Shown here in pieces: positions 51,165 to 61,812 of a DNA stretch of 64,000 bases. Origin of the DNA: Candidatus Uhrbacteria bacterium (lineage in GTDB: Bacteria; Patescibacteriota; Patescibacteriia; UBA9934; GWF2-40-263); NCBI GenBank assembly GCA_016844925.1, contig JAERTI010000038.1, positions 130,936-194,935 of the forward strand, given 5' to 3'. Each line of letters opens with the position of its first letter. The first letter of the stretch is position 1. The notes beneath the pieces are model-generated. The model saw nothing but the letters and a program-made list of their open reading frames with translations, was not told the DNA's origin and searched no databases. The position numbers and the translations under genes were made by a program.

Positions 51165-51920
51165 TCATTTATCGAGAACGCGGCGTGCGATATTGGTCGC
51201 CGTGGTGCGAGGCATGAGGCGAACTAGAAAGACCATGAAGCGATTAAGTCTTCCTTCAATGGCCACAACACGACGCTTGTTCAGACTTTCGATGGTGAAT
51301 CGAGCAACATCCTGAGCGGTTGGAAGTGATTTTTCTTTCTTGAAAAGTGCGTGGTTCCCTGCACGATCCGCAAACTCTGTGCGTGTGGCACCTGGGCAAA
51401 GTGTCATCACGTGGACGCCGTGAGCAGCGAGTTCGTTGTGGAGCGCCTCGGAGAAAGAGAGAACGTAGGCTTTTGTTGCAAAGTAGACGGCCATGAGAGG
51501 CCCTGGCATAAAGGCGGCTGTCGAGGCGACGTTTACAATCGCTCCTGAGCCTTGCTTGACCATCAGTGGCGCCACGGCGCGGCACAGACGTGTGAGTGCG
51601 CGGATGTTGAGTTCGATCATGCTGTCGAGCTTCTCCCAGTTACTCTCGATAAACAATGCTTGGTCGCCGAATCCGGCGTTGTTCACAAACAGATCGATGG
51701 GTTTTGCTGAGAGTGTTTCGATCCAGGAATCAAGAGCGTTTCGATCAGTGAGGTCCAATGAAACAACCTCGGTCTGAGTTGAGAGGGTCTTGGCAAGTTC
51801 TTCAAGCTGCTCTTTGCGTCGCGCGACAAGTACGAGGTCCCATCCTTCTTGGGAGAGCTCGATAGCGAGCGCGCGGCCGATGCCGCTTGAGGCGCCTGTG
51901 ATGATTGCACGTTTAGCCAT
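51165..51920 (-). CDS. Short-chain dehydrogenase/reductase
   Basis: TGASSGIG, NNAG, YFATK. Confidence 0.95.
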   Translation of the reverse strand: MAKRAIITGASSGIGRALAIELSQEGWDLVLVARRKEQLEELAKTLSTQTEVVSLDLTDRNALDSWIETLSAKPIDLFVNNAGFGDQALFIESNWEKLDSMIELNIRALTRLCRAVAPLMVKQGSGAIVNVASTAAFMPGPLMAVYFATKAYVLSFSEALHNELAAHGVHVMTLCPGATRTEFADRAGNHALFKKEKSLPTAQDVARFTIESLNKRRVVAIEGRLNRFMVFLVRLMPRTTATNIARRVLDK

Positions 51921-52227
51921 AGAGAAGAGAGCCGATGATAATAGCTGGGTTCATAATGAGCCACAGCAGGTTACTAAAAATGATTGAACGTTCTTTGTGT
52001 GCAATGCCATAGATCATCCAGATGACAGAGACGAGTAGATACGTTACCCAGGTGATGACAGAGATGCCACTGGCATTTTGCTCAACCCAAATTTTCAAGA
52101 CCTGTGGAATGGTCATGGCGGGGCTGATGATGGCTGCGAGGTAGACAAGTTTGTCGATGATTGGATGCACGTCTTTTGTGCGTTTGCGTTTGTGCTGATG
52201 ATGAATGGCCGGGGTTCGTGACGGCAT
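51913..52227 (-). CDS. SemiSWEET/PQ-loop transporter
   Basis: TIPQVLKI, 3 TM, WMIYG. Confidence 0.82.
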   Translation of the reverse strand: MPSRTPAIHHQHKRKRTKDVHPIIDKLVYLAAIISPAMTIPQVLKIWVEQNASGISVITWVTYLLVSVIWMIYGIAHKERSIIFSNLLWLIMNPAIIIGSLLYG

Positions 52228-52229
52228 AG

Positions 52230-52967
52230 CTAGATAATGGCTACGAGTGATCGAATGAGAATGATAAGACTGGCAACAAAGACAACTCCGAGTACAACGT
52301 GATCAAACAGTTTTCGGTTCATCTTGTGTTCAATGCGGTCTCCTAGCCAGGTGCCAGTGAGTGCGACGGGGGTAAGGATAGCGACGGTGAGCAGGAGGTC
52401 TGGGGTATAGAGACCGCGGTACGTGTGAAGCAAAACCGCCAGAATGGTCATGAGGGTGGTGTAGAGGATCAGGTTGGCTCGGAACACTTTTCGTCTCGTG
52501 TGTTCTGCCTCGAGCAGGAGCACGACAAAGGGGCTGCCGATGGTGGCGATTCCGTGCATGAGCCCACCAATAAATCCCACGGCCGCTCGTGTGGCCGGGG
52601 ATGTTTTTTTCAGGGAGTGTCCACGCCACAAAGAGATCGTGATGAGGATAAGGACCACGGCCATCACCGAGGGGACAAGATGTCCTTCAAAAGAAAAAAC
52701 TAGGACGCCGAGAGGAACACCTAGTAGAGCGGAAAGGAGTATGGGGCCCATGTGCTTGAGGTGGATATCGCGCCTGAGGGTGATGAGCAGAGCGATTTCG
52801 TTTAGAAGGACCAGTAGGGCAATGAGCGGAATGGCGGTTTCTGGGGGAAGGAGCAGTAGGAGAATGGGGCTTACCATCAGGGCGAAACCAAAGCCGGTCA
52901 CGCCTTTCATAAATGATCCAATCGCGATCGCGATAACGATTGGGACGAGGTTAACAGCGGTAAGCAT
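52230..52967 (-). CDS. TauE/SafE (TSUP) family permease
   Basis: GVTGFGFAL..P, GVPLG, G.WLG. Confidence 0.88.
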   Translation of the reverse strand: MLTAVNLVPIVIAIAIGSFMKGVTGFGFALMVSPILLLLLPPETAIPLIALLVLLNEIALLITLRRDIHLKHMGPILLSALLGVPLGVLVFSFEGHLVPSVMAVVLILITISLWRGHSLKKTSPATRAAVGFIGGLMHGIATIGSPFVVLLLEAEHTRRKVFRANLILYTTLMTILAVLLHTYRGLYTPDLLLTVAILTPVALTGTWLGDRIEHKMNRKLFDHVVLGVVFVASLIILIRSLVAII

Positions 52968-53078
52968 AGTGCTCAGAAGTATACCAGAAAATGGGGGTGT
53001 ATCGATTGACAGAGCGCGTTATCTATGGTGGACTTGCCTCGTCCACACATTTGTTCACATGGATACAAGGAGACCACC

Positions 53079-53828
53079 ATGTCCTGGACACTGCGAGTTC
53101 TTTTCACCCTGCTGGGCGCACTGCTGCTGATGCCGAGCGACGCTCAGGCGAGCCGGGAGAACCCCGAGTGCGAGTGCGAGTCGTCCCACTGGGCGACCGT
53201 CGATGCCATCTGGGCCGGCGAGGCCGTCGAGGAGGTGGTCTTCGAGATCGCCGCCTGCGAGGAGTTGCGGGTCTACCGCAACGCCGTCTACGCCCGTCAC
53301 GGGTTCAACTTCACCAACGACTGGGTGAAGGGATGGTTCACCGAGCACGAGCCGCGCTGGACGCCCATCGAGAGCATCTCCAGCGAGACCGTCGGCGACC
53401 AGCTGAGCGAGACCGACCTGGCCACCGTGCAGGCCGTGAAGAAGTGGGAGGAGCAGTACCAGTGCGACGCCTACTGGGAGCAGCGCTCCGAGGCATCGGC
53501 CGAGGTCGTCGAAGAGGAAGCCCCGCCGCCCGAGCCCGAGTACATCCTGGTCCCCATCCAGAGCGTTCCTGTCATCGGTGGTGAAGAAGGGGAGACGGTC
53601 GCCCTCGTGTCTGTCATCGCCGACCCGAGCTTCGTGATCACCCAGGCGTTCAACAACGCGCCCGTCGAGTCCGCGTGGCTCGAGCCGTTCACCTGCCGTG
53701 ACCTCGACATCGTCACCGAGGCCGTGCAGGCGCGCACCAACAAGCCCTCCAGCCGCGACGAGCTCACGCTCCTGCGCGTGCAGCGCGAGCGGCGCGCCAA
53801 GAGCTGCGACAGCGACACCTCCGGCTGA
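53079..53828 (+). CDS. Secreted YARHG-domain protein, GC-rich unit
   Basis: Signal peptide; LRVYRNAVYARHGFNF; SD AAGGAG. Confidence 0.88.
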   Translation: MSWTLRVLFTLLGALLLMPSDAQASRENPECECESSHWATVDAIWAGEAVEEVVFEIAACEELRVYRNAVYARHGFNFTNDWVKGWFTEHEPRWTPIESISSETVGDQLSETDLATVQAVKKWEEQYQCDAYWEQRSEASAEVVEEEAPPPEPEYILVPIQSVPVIGGEEGETVALVSVIADPSFVITQAFNNAPVESAWLEPFTCRDLDIVTEAVQARTNKPSSRDELTLLRVQRERRAKSCDSDTSG

Positions 53829-53991
53829 GAGCCGGTCTTGACCGAACACGCTTCGGTCCGCGTCCCCAGGGACGCGTTTTTTCTTTCTTCAATAAAATCA
53901 AGTCAACGCCTTTGGTGGGTTGACGTTTTGCGATTATTCCGCTAATTTTCGTCCCTCACGTCCGAAGTGAACATCTACAAGGGAGGACTAC

Positions 53992-55815
53992 GTGAGACTG
54001 ATCCTTTTCATGGCTGCCATGTTGGCGGCAGAAGCAGGGGCAACGGTCCCGACCGACGAATCCCTCGCGCCGACGCGAGTGGACATGCTGCAGGTGAAGA
54101 TCGGCAACAACGAGCTGCTGCAGCCCGCGGATGTCGCGGGCCTGGAGTGTGCCGAGGCCTGGATCCTGTCCAACAGCGTTCTGGCCCGCCACGGCTTCAT
54201 GTTCGTGGACGATCGTGCGCTCGAGCAGTTCGACTGGGACCCGATGTACCAGCCCAACCCCGAGGTCACGTACTTCACGTACCACGAGTACCTCACGGAT
54301 TCGGACATCTGGAACCTCGAGCTCCTCATGGCGATCGAGGCGCGTGAGTGCAACGGCACTCGCACGCTCACCATCGAGCCGTCCATGTCCCCAGTCGTTC
54401 CCGACGAGCCGATCGTGATCGGTGCGCTCGCGGACGTGCAGCCGGAGATGTCGCTGGCCTCCCTTCAGGAGGACGACGACCTCCACTGGCTGGACGACGA
54501 CGAAGAGGCGTTCGAGTTCGACGAGCCCGTCGTGATCGAGGAGCCGCCGGCTCTGGAGGTCGAGAACCGAGGGGTGGTGGAGCCCGGAGAAGGGCTCGAG
54601 CTGAAGTCGCCCGAGATGGTGGTCGTGATCACCGACGAAGGACGTGTCGAGCAGCCTCTCGAGCAGCTCGCGCCCAGCAACTGGGACGAGATCGAGGAGC
54701 TCGAGCTGGAGGACGCGGTCGTACAGGCCGATCCCGGTCTCGACTCCGACTCCGACGAGGAGCTCGCCATCATCGACACCGGTGAGAGCCGGGACGATGG
54801 GGAAGAGAAGACCGAGGTGGCTCTCGAGCCGCCCGTTCCGTCCGAGCCGGCTGTGCAGCTGGAGGTGGTGGACGTCGAGATGGAGGCCGATTCGGCACCC
54901 GTCTGCGAGGACCACGAGTCCCAGATCGCCGAGCTCACCGCCGAGCGCGACAAGCTCGCCGGCGACATCGCGATCATGGAGGAGCGCAACGAGAACCTGA
55001 TCGACTCCAACACGGCGCTCGCGCTGGAGGCGGAGGAGGCCAACGCTCGTCTGGGCGAGGCCGCGCTTGCGGCTGAAGAGCCCAAGGAGGCGCCGGCTGC
55101 ACCGGTCCTGGTGCACAGCGCCGACGAGTCGCCGCAGTGTGTCGAGGCCATGAACTCGCTCTACTACGCCGAGCTCATGTCCGACACCTGCCTGGTATCG
55201 CTGGGTGAGCTGACCATGGAGTACGAGGAGGTGGTTCCGCAGATCGAGGCGCTCGAAGCGCAGATCGTGACCCTTCGGGGCGAGATCGAGGTCTACGAGG
55301 CACACCTCGCCGAGGGCGACGAGCAGGCTCAGGCCAAGATCGCCGAGCTGACGCGTGAGCGTGATGAGCTGCTGGTCATGCAGGCCAGCCTGGAGGCCCA
55401 GAACCGTGAGGTGATGGACGCCAACGTGATGCTCACCACGCGCATGTCCCTCATGGAGGAGCAGGCTGGAGAGGTCGTCGCGACCGTTCCGGCTCTGGCC
55501 GCCAACCCGCCGGTCATCATCGAGGAGGACCTCCTGGAGGTTCCCGCGGTGGTCTCGGCGGACGTCACCAAGCCGGTCTTCGACCCCTTCGACGAGCTGC
55601 AGGGACCCATCGCCGTGGGCAAGGTCGCTCCCAAGGAGCTCTTCGGTGAGATGGACTGCGACCAGACCAAGCAGCTCTACTGGATGATCCCGGCCCGCCA
55701 CGGCGTCGGATCGCCCACGCCCGAGCTCTACAACAGCGCCGACCAGCTCAACGAGCTGCGCCTCGAGCGTCAGGCCCGAGAGCAGGGCTGCGAGCTGGCC
55801 CCGGCCAGCTCCTGA
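53992..55815 (+). CDS. Secreted very acidic protein with two YARHG-like domains and a coiled coil, GC-rich unit
   Basis: Signal peptide; NSVLARHGFMF and IPARHG; TTGACG-17-TAATTT, SD GGGAGG, GTG start. Confidence 0.82.
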   Translation: MRLILFMAAMLAAEAGATVPTDESLAPTRVDMLQVKIGNNELLQPADVAGLECAEAWILSNSVLARHGFMFVDDRALEQFDWDPMYQPNPEVTYFTYHEYLTDSDIWNLELLMAIEARECNGTRTLTIEPSMSPVVPDEPIVIGALADVQPEMSLASLQEDDDLHWLDDDEEAFEFDEPVVIEEPPALEVENRGVVEPGEGLELKSPEMVVVITDEGRVEQPLEQLAPSNWDEIEELELEDAVVQADPGLDSDSDEELAIIDTGESRDDGEEKTEVALEPPVPSEPAVQLEVVDVEMEADSAPVCEDHESQIAELTAERDKLAGDIAIMEERNENLIDSNTALALEAEEANARLGEAALAAEEPKEAPAAPVLVHSADESPQCVEAMNSLYYAELMSDTCLVSLGELTMEYEEVVPQIEALEAQIVTLRGEIEVYEAHLAEGDEQAQAKIAELTRERDELLVMQASLEAQNREVMDANVMLTTRMSLMEEQAGEVVATVPALAANPPVIIEEDLLEVPAVVSADVTKPVFDPFDELQGPIAVGKVAPKELFGEMDCDQTKQLYWMIPARHGVGSPTPELYNSADQLNELRLERQAREQGCELAPASS

Positions 55816-56023
55816 ACGCACGGTTGAGCCCCACGCTCAACACCCGCCTTTGAAAGAAGGCGGTTTTTTCTTTGTGTGAACATCGTTAATGGATTGACAA
55901 AAGAGAATTTTTCGGGCAGTCTGCTCATCTCCCCTGATGGGAGTAAAGTGAGAATGTCATGGTGGTCAATCCCGCCCAACCCGTCAGGCGAAGGTTGCTT
56001 GACAGTAGACACTGGAGACGCAA

Positions 56024-56512
56024 ATGAAGCTGGTTTGGCTCAAGGTAGTGCTTCTGGTGGTTGCTGTCATCAGCATCACCACGACCGCGTGGCTGGCGAG
56101 TGAACACAAGAAGAAGTTCGACTTCATGGCGCAGTTCATCGAGAGCGCGTCTGAGCAGGTTGTTGTCTACCGCTACATCGGGGCACAGAGCCCGGATGAT
56201 CGCGGGATGCGCAACATCGTGTTGGTGGGAAGGACCCCCTTCACGGTTCTGGTTGGTTTCGAGCTCGAGTACCCACTGCTCGGCGGCTCCGGGTTCGACT
56301 ACTACGGCTTCGTGCAGTCCTACGAGATGCACGGCGACCATGTGGCCGTGATTCGCACCTTCCTTGGCACGGGTCTCACGACGTTCCAGTTCCTCGTGAA
56401 CAGGCCGTGTGGAGACGTCGTCGTCAAGACCGGGGGCGACAGCGAGCGCCTGACTCCCGGCGGTACCTACCCGCCTCACTGGTACCAGAAGTACCTCGGC
56501 TTCTACGGCTGA
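56024..56512 (+). CDS. Hypothetical membrane-anchored protein, GC-rich unit
   Basis: N-terminal TM; TTGACA-17-CAGTCT promoter; SD GGAG. Confidence 0.72.
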   Translation: MKLVWLKVVLLVVAVISITTTAWLASEHKKKFDFMAQFIESASEQVVVYRYIGAQSPDDRGMRNIVLVGRTPFTVLVGFELEYPLLGGSGFDYYGFVQSYEMHGDHVAVIRTFLGTGLTTFQFLVNRPCGDVVVKTGGDSERLTPGGTYPPHWYQKYLGFYG

Positions 56513-56630
56513 GGACGAACGAACACCTACTGACCCGCCGTCAGTGAGAAACACCTTTCGTGTACTCGCTGCTCGGCGGGTGTTTCTTTTTGAGAATCAC
56601 AAAACCCCCACGTAATACGTGAGGGCTTTG

Positions 56631-56718
56631 TGGCGGAGAGGACAGGATTCGAACCTGCGAGAGCTTGCGCTCAACACGCTTTCCAGGCGTGCGCCTTAAA
56701 CCGCTCGGCCACCTCTCC
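56631..56718 (-). tRNA. tRNA-Ser(GGA)
   Basis: GGAGAGG/CCTCTCC acceptor, CACGC-CTGGAAA-GCGTG anticodon arm, long variable arm, GGTTCGAATCC, CCA. Confidence 0.96.
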
Positions 56719-56791
56719 TTGGTGGACGGCGATACTATACAAGACCACACTTCACTTGTCATCCCCAAGAAGAAACAGCCCCTAAGGGCTG

Positions 56792-57598
56792 TTATTGTTT
56801 CTTTGCTTTCTTCTCAACTTTCTCAAAGACCTCATCTACTTTCTCCAGGACTTTCATCTTGGTCTTATCGATCTGCTCTTGAGTGCCATTGGCAGCCTCC
56901 TCCTTCTCTTTTTCCAGTTTCTCATCCTCCTTTTTGATCTCTCGGTCTGCGACAGGTCGCTTCACGTACAGGTTCATGAGGGAGAAGATGATCATGCTGG
57001 CAAAGACGATGGCGATGCCGTTGATGGCGAAGAGGATGAAGCTGTCGGTCATCATAGCCCAGTCAAAGCGGGCCAGGCCGATGCCTGTGACAGCGAGTGG
57101 GGGGATGATGGCGACGGAGATCGCGACTCCTGGGAGCGAGGCGTTTAGGTGCGGCTTGATCAGAGCGAAGCTAGCAGCGGCGCCGGCGACGATCGCGATC
57201 GCGATGTAGATGATGGATGGTTCTGTGCGGGCAATGATCTCTGCGTTGAGCTCGGGGCCTAGTTCTGCTTGGGAGGCAAACAGGAGTGTAGCGATGGCGG
57301 CGGCGGGGACGGTCCAGGCGATGGCTTTTCCAATGGTGAGCAGGGAGCGAGAGATGAGTCTTGTGTCCGCCATGACGACGCCGAGTGAGACACCGAGGAT
57401 TGGGGAGAGCAATGGGGCGATGAGCATCGATCCGATAATCACGGCTACAGAATCGAGGAGGAGTCCGAACACGGCCATGAGGACGGAGAGGACGGCGAGC
57501 AGAAAAAAATCATCCCGCGGGGTGGATTCTTCGATCAGACGTTTGATCGCGCTGTTCTTGTCTTTTTCTGTGAGATTGCGGAAGAGAGTCGTTGCCAT
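56792..57598 (-). CDS. TIGR00341/DUF389 family membrane protein
   Basis: DSVAVIIGSMLIAPL, EIIARTEP, LPGVAISVAIIPPL. Confidence 0.9.
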   Translation of the reverse strand: MATTLFRNLTEKDKNSAIKRLIEESTPRDDFFLLAVLSVLMAVFGLLLDSVAVIIGSMLIAPLLSPILGVSLGVVMADTRLISRSLLTIGKAIAWTVPAAAIATLLFASQAELGPELNAEIIARTEPSIIYIAIAIVAGAAASFALIKPHLNASLPGVAISVAIIPPLAVTGIGLARFDWAMMTDSFILFAINGIAIVFASMIIFSLMNLYVKRPVADREIKKEDEKLEKEKEEAANGTQEQIDKTKMKVLEKVDEVFEKVEKKAKKQ

Positions 57599-57626
57599 AG
57601 TGGGGCTATGATATAATTTCTCCTGT

Positions 57627-58589
57627 ATGTTGACAAACATTTTCATGGTCCTTGGGGGCTTCCTACTTCTGATCAAAGGGTCAGATTATTTTGTTACTGG
57701 TGCGGCTTCGCTCGCGCGGCAACTCGGGATCCCGGCGCTGGTCGTTGGACTCACGATTGTTTCTATCGGAACGTCCGCTCCTGAGCTCTTCGTGAACGTC
57801 ATCGCCGCATTCCGTGGCGCGACAGATCTGTCTATTGGAAACGTTCTTGGATCCAACCTTGCTGACATTTTGCTCGGACTCGGTGTGGCATCAATGTTTG
57901 TCCCGCTCACCCTAAGAGGGTCCACAGTTTGGAAAGAAATTCCGTTCTCGCTGCTGTCGGCGATTTTTATTTTTGTGTTCGGAAGTGATTACTTGCTCGA
58001 CGGCATCCTCCCTAACGCCATCACACGGACCGATGGTGTGGCGCTCTTGGGAATGTTCATCATTTTTATGGTGTACACGCTGGGGGTGAAGAAGCAGGGG
58101 GAGCAGCCGCAGTCCAAGATTGAAATCATCCCAATGAAGACGACATTGTTCCTGATCTTCTCAGGTGTCCTTGGGTTGGCTGTTGGTGGGTACATTACGG
58201 TTGAGGGGGCTGTGGGCATTGCTGGCTTGATGGGACTTTCAGAGAACTTGATTGGTTTGACGGTGGTGGCGGCTGGTACGTCTCTTCCTGAAATCATGAC
58301 GGCTGTTGCGGCCGCCAAGAAGAATCAGGTCGATTTGGTGGTTGGAGGGATTGTTGGAACGATTATTTTCAACGCGCTGTTCGTGCTCGGAACGACAGCC
58401 GTTTTGCATCCGCTGCCATTTGCCCAGGAGAACATCGTTGACGCTCTGGCGGTGATTGCGGCAACCGTATTCCTCTTTTTTGCCTTGTTTACTGGGAAAC
58501 GGGATAGTCGCACGATTAGCAGGGATGAAGGGATTATCTTTATTGTGATGTACGTGGGCTATATCATCTTCGCCATCATGCGTGGATAA
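57627..58589 (+). CDS. Ca2+/Na+ antiporter (YrbG family)
   Basis: GTSAPE/GTSLPE repeats, GNVLGSN. Confidence 0.92.
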   Translation: MLTNIFMVLGGFLLLIKGSDYFVTGAASLARQLGIPALVVGLTIVSIGTSAPELFVNVIAAFRGATDLSIGNVLGSNLADILLGLGVASMFVPLTLRGSTVWKEIPFSLLSAIFIFVFGSDYLLDGILPNAITRTDGVALLGMFIIFMVYTLGVKKQGEQPQSKIEIIPMKTTLFLIFSGVLGLAVGGYITVEGAVGIAGLMGLSENLIGLTVVAAGTSLPEIMTAVAAAKKNQVDLVVGGIVGTIIFNALFVLGTTAVLHPLPFAQENIVDALAVIAATVFLFFALFTGKRDSRTISRDEGIIFIVMYVGYIIFAIMRG

Positions 58590-58637
58590 GTCGGCCTATG
58601 GTATAAAACGGGGGATAGCCCCCGTTTCTTTATTTCT

Positions 58638-60416
58638 ATGGAACCCAAAGACGAGATCAAAGAAAAATGCGACCTCAAGGAGCTCATTGGTGAGTATGTC
58701 CCGCTCAAGCCAGCGGGGAGCGACTCCTATAAGGGTCTGTGTCCGTTTCATGGCGAGAAGACGCCTAGTTTTCATGTTTCGCCGGACAAACAGATTTGGC
58801 ATTGCTTTGGATGTGGGGAAGGGGGAGACTGTTTTAGTTTTGTGATGCGCATGGAGGGCATGACCTTCCCTGAAGCACTGGTGCATCTTGGTGCTAAGAC
58901 GGGCGTGGAGATTCGTCGCATGACATCAACGAAATCGAACCTGCGTCAGCGGATGTTGGAGATTAACGAGCTGACCCAAAAGTTTTTTGCAAAAGTACTG
59001 AGCGACTCCACGGGAGCGGCACCAGCGCGCGCCTATGTAAACAATCGCGGCATCCCACCGGAGCTGGTGCAGAAGTTTGGATTGGGGTTTGCGCCCGATG
59101 AGTGGGATGCGCTTTCGAAGTTTCTTGTTAGTAAGGGGTACAAAGAGAGTGAGCTTGTACAGGCGGGTGTGTCCATGAAGAAAAAGAGCGGGCGTGGTGT
59201 GATTGATCGGTTCCGCAATCGGCTCATGATTCCACTGAGAGATCATCATGGGAACACGGCGGGGTTCACGGGGCGACAGATGCCCGGTGATGATCATGGT
59301 CCTAAGTACATGAACTCACCTGAGACGCCGGTGTATAACAAGTCGGAGATTGTTTACGGATTGGACTTGGCCAAGCGGGCTGCGCGCACGTCGGGCGCGT
59401 TGGTTATTACAGAGGGGAATCTTGATGTGGTCTCGTCGCACAAGGCGGGCGTGGAGAATATTGTGGCAAGTTCAGGAACGGCACTGACATCGGCACAGCT
59501 CTCACTGATGAAGCGTTACTCCGACACAATTATTTTTGCGTTCGATAGCGATGCTGCAGGATTCGAAGCCGCGAAGAAGGGAATGGTGCTCGCGCGAGAG
59601 CTTGGAATGGATTTGCGTGCGGCGATTTTGCCTGATGACGTGAAAGACCCAGACGAGCTTGTGCAGAAAGATCCAGCAAAGTGGAAAGAGCTTGTGCAGA
59701 CCAGTGTGCCTATCATGGAGTTTTTGATTGCCCACGTGACACGAGGGAAAGACCTACGGAAAATTGATGATAAGCGGGCTGTGGCAGGGGAGCTGCTCCC
59801 AGCGATTTCACAGATGCAGACCGTGGTGGAGCGGGAGCACTGGCTACAAGTCGTCGCAGATTTGCTCAGTATAGACATTCATGAGTTGCGAAAGGCTGTC
59901 GATCCGGTAAAGACGGTTGAGGCAAAAAAACCTGAAACAAAGGCGAAGCAAGAGCGGGTGCAAGTCTCTAAGCTTGAGAAGGCGCGGCGGCTGTTGTTTG
60001 GGTGGGCCACGGGCTCAGACGAGGTATTTGCGAAGGCTACCGACCGATTAAAGGCTGTGTTGGGGGAAGAAGATCTGTGGATAACGCTTTACAATTTGGC
60101 GGCTACCACGTATGATTCCACCAGTCAATCAGCACAAAAATCTTATTTTTCGCGGATACGAGAAGCGCTCAATGGCCACCCGCAGCAAGAATCCCTCGAG
60201 GCTCTTCTTGACTCATCAACTCTCATGGCTGAGCAAACTTTTCAAAATCTTCCGCCACAAAAGGTGCTGGAACATGTCGAAACACTCTTCGCCCTCCTGG
60301 AGAGTCACGCGCACAAACAAGGGCGCGATCAGCTTGCACGCGATCTGAGGCTCGCAGAGCAAGCAGGAGATACAGACGCTGTGGCAAGATTGCTACAGCA
60401 ACTTCAAGACCGTTAA
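58638..60416 (+). CDS. dnaG: DNA primase
   Basis: CPFH..CFGC, FRNRLMIP, KYMNSPET, EG..D, FDSDAAG, KDPDE. Confidence 0.97.
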   Translation: MEPKDEIKEKCDLKELIGEYVPLKPAGSDSYKGLCPFHGEKTPSFHVSPDKQIWHCFGCGEGGDCFSFVMRMEGMTFPEALVHLGAKTGVEIRRMTSTKSNLRQRMLEINELTQKFFAKVLSDSTGAAPARAYVNNRGIPPELVQKFGLGFAPDEWDALSKFLVSKGYKESELVQAGVSMKKKSGRGVIDRFRNRLMIPLRDHHGNTAGFTGRQMPGDDHGPKYMNSPETPVYNKSEIVYGLDLAKRAARTSGALVITEGNLDVVSSHKAGVENIVASSGTALTSAQLSLMKRYSDTIIFAFDSDAAGFEAAKKGMVLARELGMDLRAAILPDDVKDPDELVQKDPAKWKELVQTSVPIMEFLIAHVTRGKDLRKIDDKRAVAGELLPAISQMQTVVEREHWLQVVADLLSIDIHELRKAVDPVKTVEAKKPETKAKQERVQVSKLEKARRLLFGWATGSDEVFAKATDRLKAVLGEEDLWITLYNLAATTYDSTSQSAQKSYFSRIREALNGHPQQESLEALLDSSTLMAEQTFQNLPPQKVLEHVETLFALLESHAHKQGRDQLARDLRLAEQAGDTDAVARLLQQLQDR

Positions 60417-60431
60417 TGCATTTTTTTAGTT

Positions 60432-61721
60432 ATGCCCGCAAAGAAAACGACAACGGCCAAAAAGACTGGGGGGAAGAAAGCACCTGCAAAAAAGAAGACA
60501 ACCGTAGCTAAGAAGAAGACGGCTACGAAGAAGGTCGCCAAGCCAAAGGCTGCGGCCAAGAAAGCACCGGCGAAGAAAAAGGCTCCGGCAAAGAAGAAGC
60601 CTGCGGTGAAGAAAGAGCGATACAAACGTTCTGAGGCGCCGTCGCAGGAAGTGCTCGAGCAACTTGTGCGCAAGGGAATGCGTCGCGGGTACATTACCGA
60701 GAATGAGATCCTCTTTACGTTTAAAGAGATTGAGGACTACTTAGACGTCTTTGATAGTTTTCTTGATGAACTTGAGCGTGTGGGAGTTCACTTTGTTGAG
60801 GTGAAGGAAGGAATCCTTGGGCGTACAAAAGAACGTGACGAGGTGTACGACAAGATTCGCGTGAGTGAAGATGCGCGTCGGATCTCTATGCCGGATATCA
60901 CACAAGACTCTATCCAGATGTACTTGCGTGAGATTGGAAAGATTCCGTTGCTTACGGCTGAGCAGGAGGTGGCGCTGGCCAAGCGCAAGGAGCGTCTTGA
61001 GAAAGAGGCTGAGCGCCGACTGATTGAGGCGAACTTGCGACTGGTGGTGTCTATTGCCAAGAAGTTCGTTGGAAAGTCCATGTCGCTTCTGGATTTGATT
61101 CAGGAGGGAAACGTAGGGCTCTTCCGTGCGGTCAAGAAGTTTGAATACCGAAAAGGATATAAGTTCTCTACCTACGCCACGTGGTGGATCCGACAGGCGA
61201 TCACCCGTGCACTCGCTGACCAGTCTCGAACCATTCGTATTCCGGTGCACATGGTTGAGACGATTAACAAGTTCCGACAGATTGAGCGTCAGCTCATTCA
61301 GGACTTGGGTCGTGAGCCTCTTGCTGAAGAGATTGCGGCTGAGATGGGGCAGACGGTAGTAAAGGTGCGCCATATTCGAAAAATTTCTCAGGATACGGTT
61401 TCGATCAACGCGGCCGTTGGTGATGACGATGACGATTCCAAGCTTGAGGACTTCATTGAGGACATCAAGACGATTTCACCAGATCGTACGGCGGCGCGTG
61501 AGCTTCTCAAGGACTATGTGAATGAGTCCATGAAAGATCTGACGCCACGTGAGCAGAAGATTCTGGAGATGCGTTTTGGTCTGACAGACGGTGTGTCCCA
61601 TACCTTGGAGGAAGTTGGACGAGAGTTTGACGTGACGCGTGAGCGTATTCGTCAGATTGAGGCGAAGGCGCTTGAGAAGATTCAGGCGAATCCTTTAATC
61701 GAGAAGTTGCGGGATTACTAA
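60432..61721 (+). CDS. rpoD: Primary sigma factor RpoD/SigA with Lys/Ala-rich N-terminal tail
   Basis: [44 protein letters not shown]. Confidence 0.95.
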   Translation: MPAKKTTTAKKTGGKKAPAKKKTTVAKKKTATKKVAKPKAAAKKAPAKKKAPAKKKPAVKKERYKRSEAPSQEVLEQLVRKGMRRGYITENEILFTFKEIEDYLDVFDSFLDELERVGVHFVEVKEGILGRTKERDEVYDKIRVSEDARRISMPDITQDSIQMYLREIGKIPLLTAEQEVALAKRKERLEKEAERRLIEANLRLVVSIAKKFVGKSMSLLDLIQEGNVGLFRAVKKFEYRKGYKFSTYATWWIRQAITRALADQSRTIRIPVHMVETINKFRQIERQLIQDLGREPLAEEIAAEMGQTVVKVRHIRKISQDTVSINAAVGDDDDDSKLEDFIEDIKTISPDRTAARELLKDYVNESMKDLTPREQKILEMRFGLTDGVSHTLEEVGREFDVTRERIRQIEAKALEKIQANPLIEKLRDY

Positions 61722-61812
61722 GATAGAGGAAAAGCAGGGTCTTAGGGCTCTGCTTTTTTGATAACAAAAAGACCACGTCAGTTGATGTGGTCGGAAGTAT
61801 TGGCTCGGTGCA

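Noticed and set aside
53956-55821. 621-aa antisense ORF (also 53055-53849, 34454-35236, 61975-62856)
   Set aside because: Shadow ORFs produced by strong C/G third-position bias of the real genes on the other strand; no SD or motifs
52970-56718. tRNA-Ser-integrated island
   Set aside because: No integrase and no duplicated tRNA 3' end found
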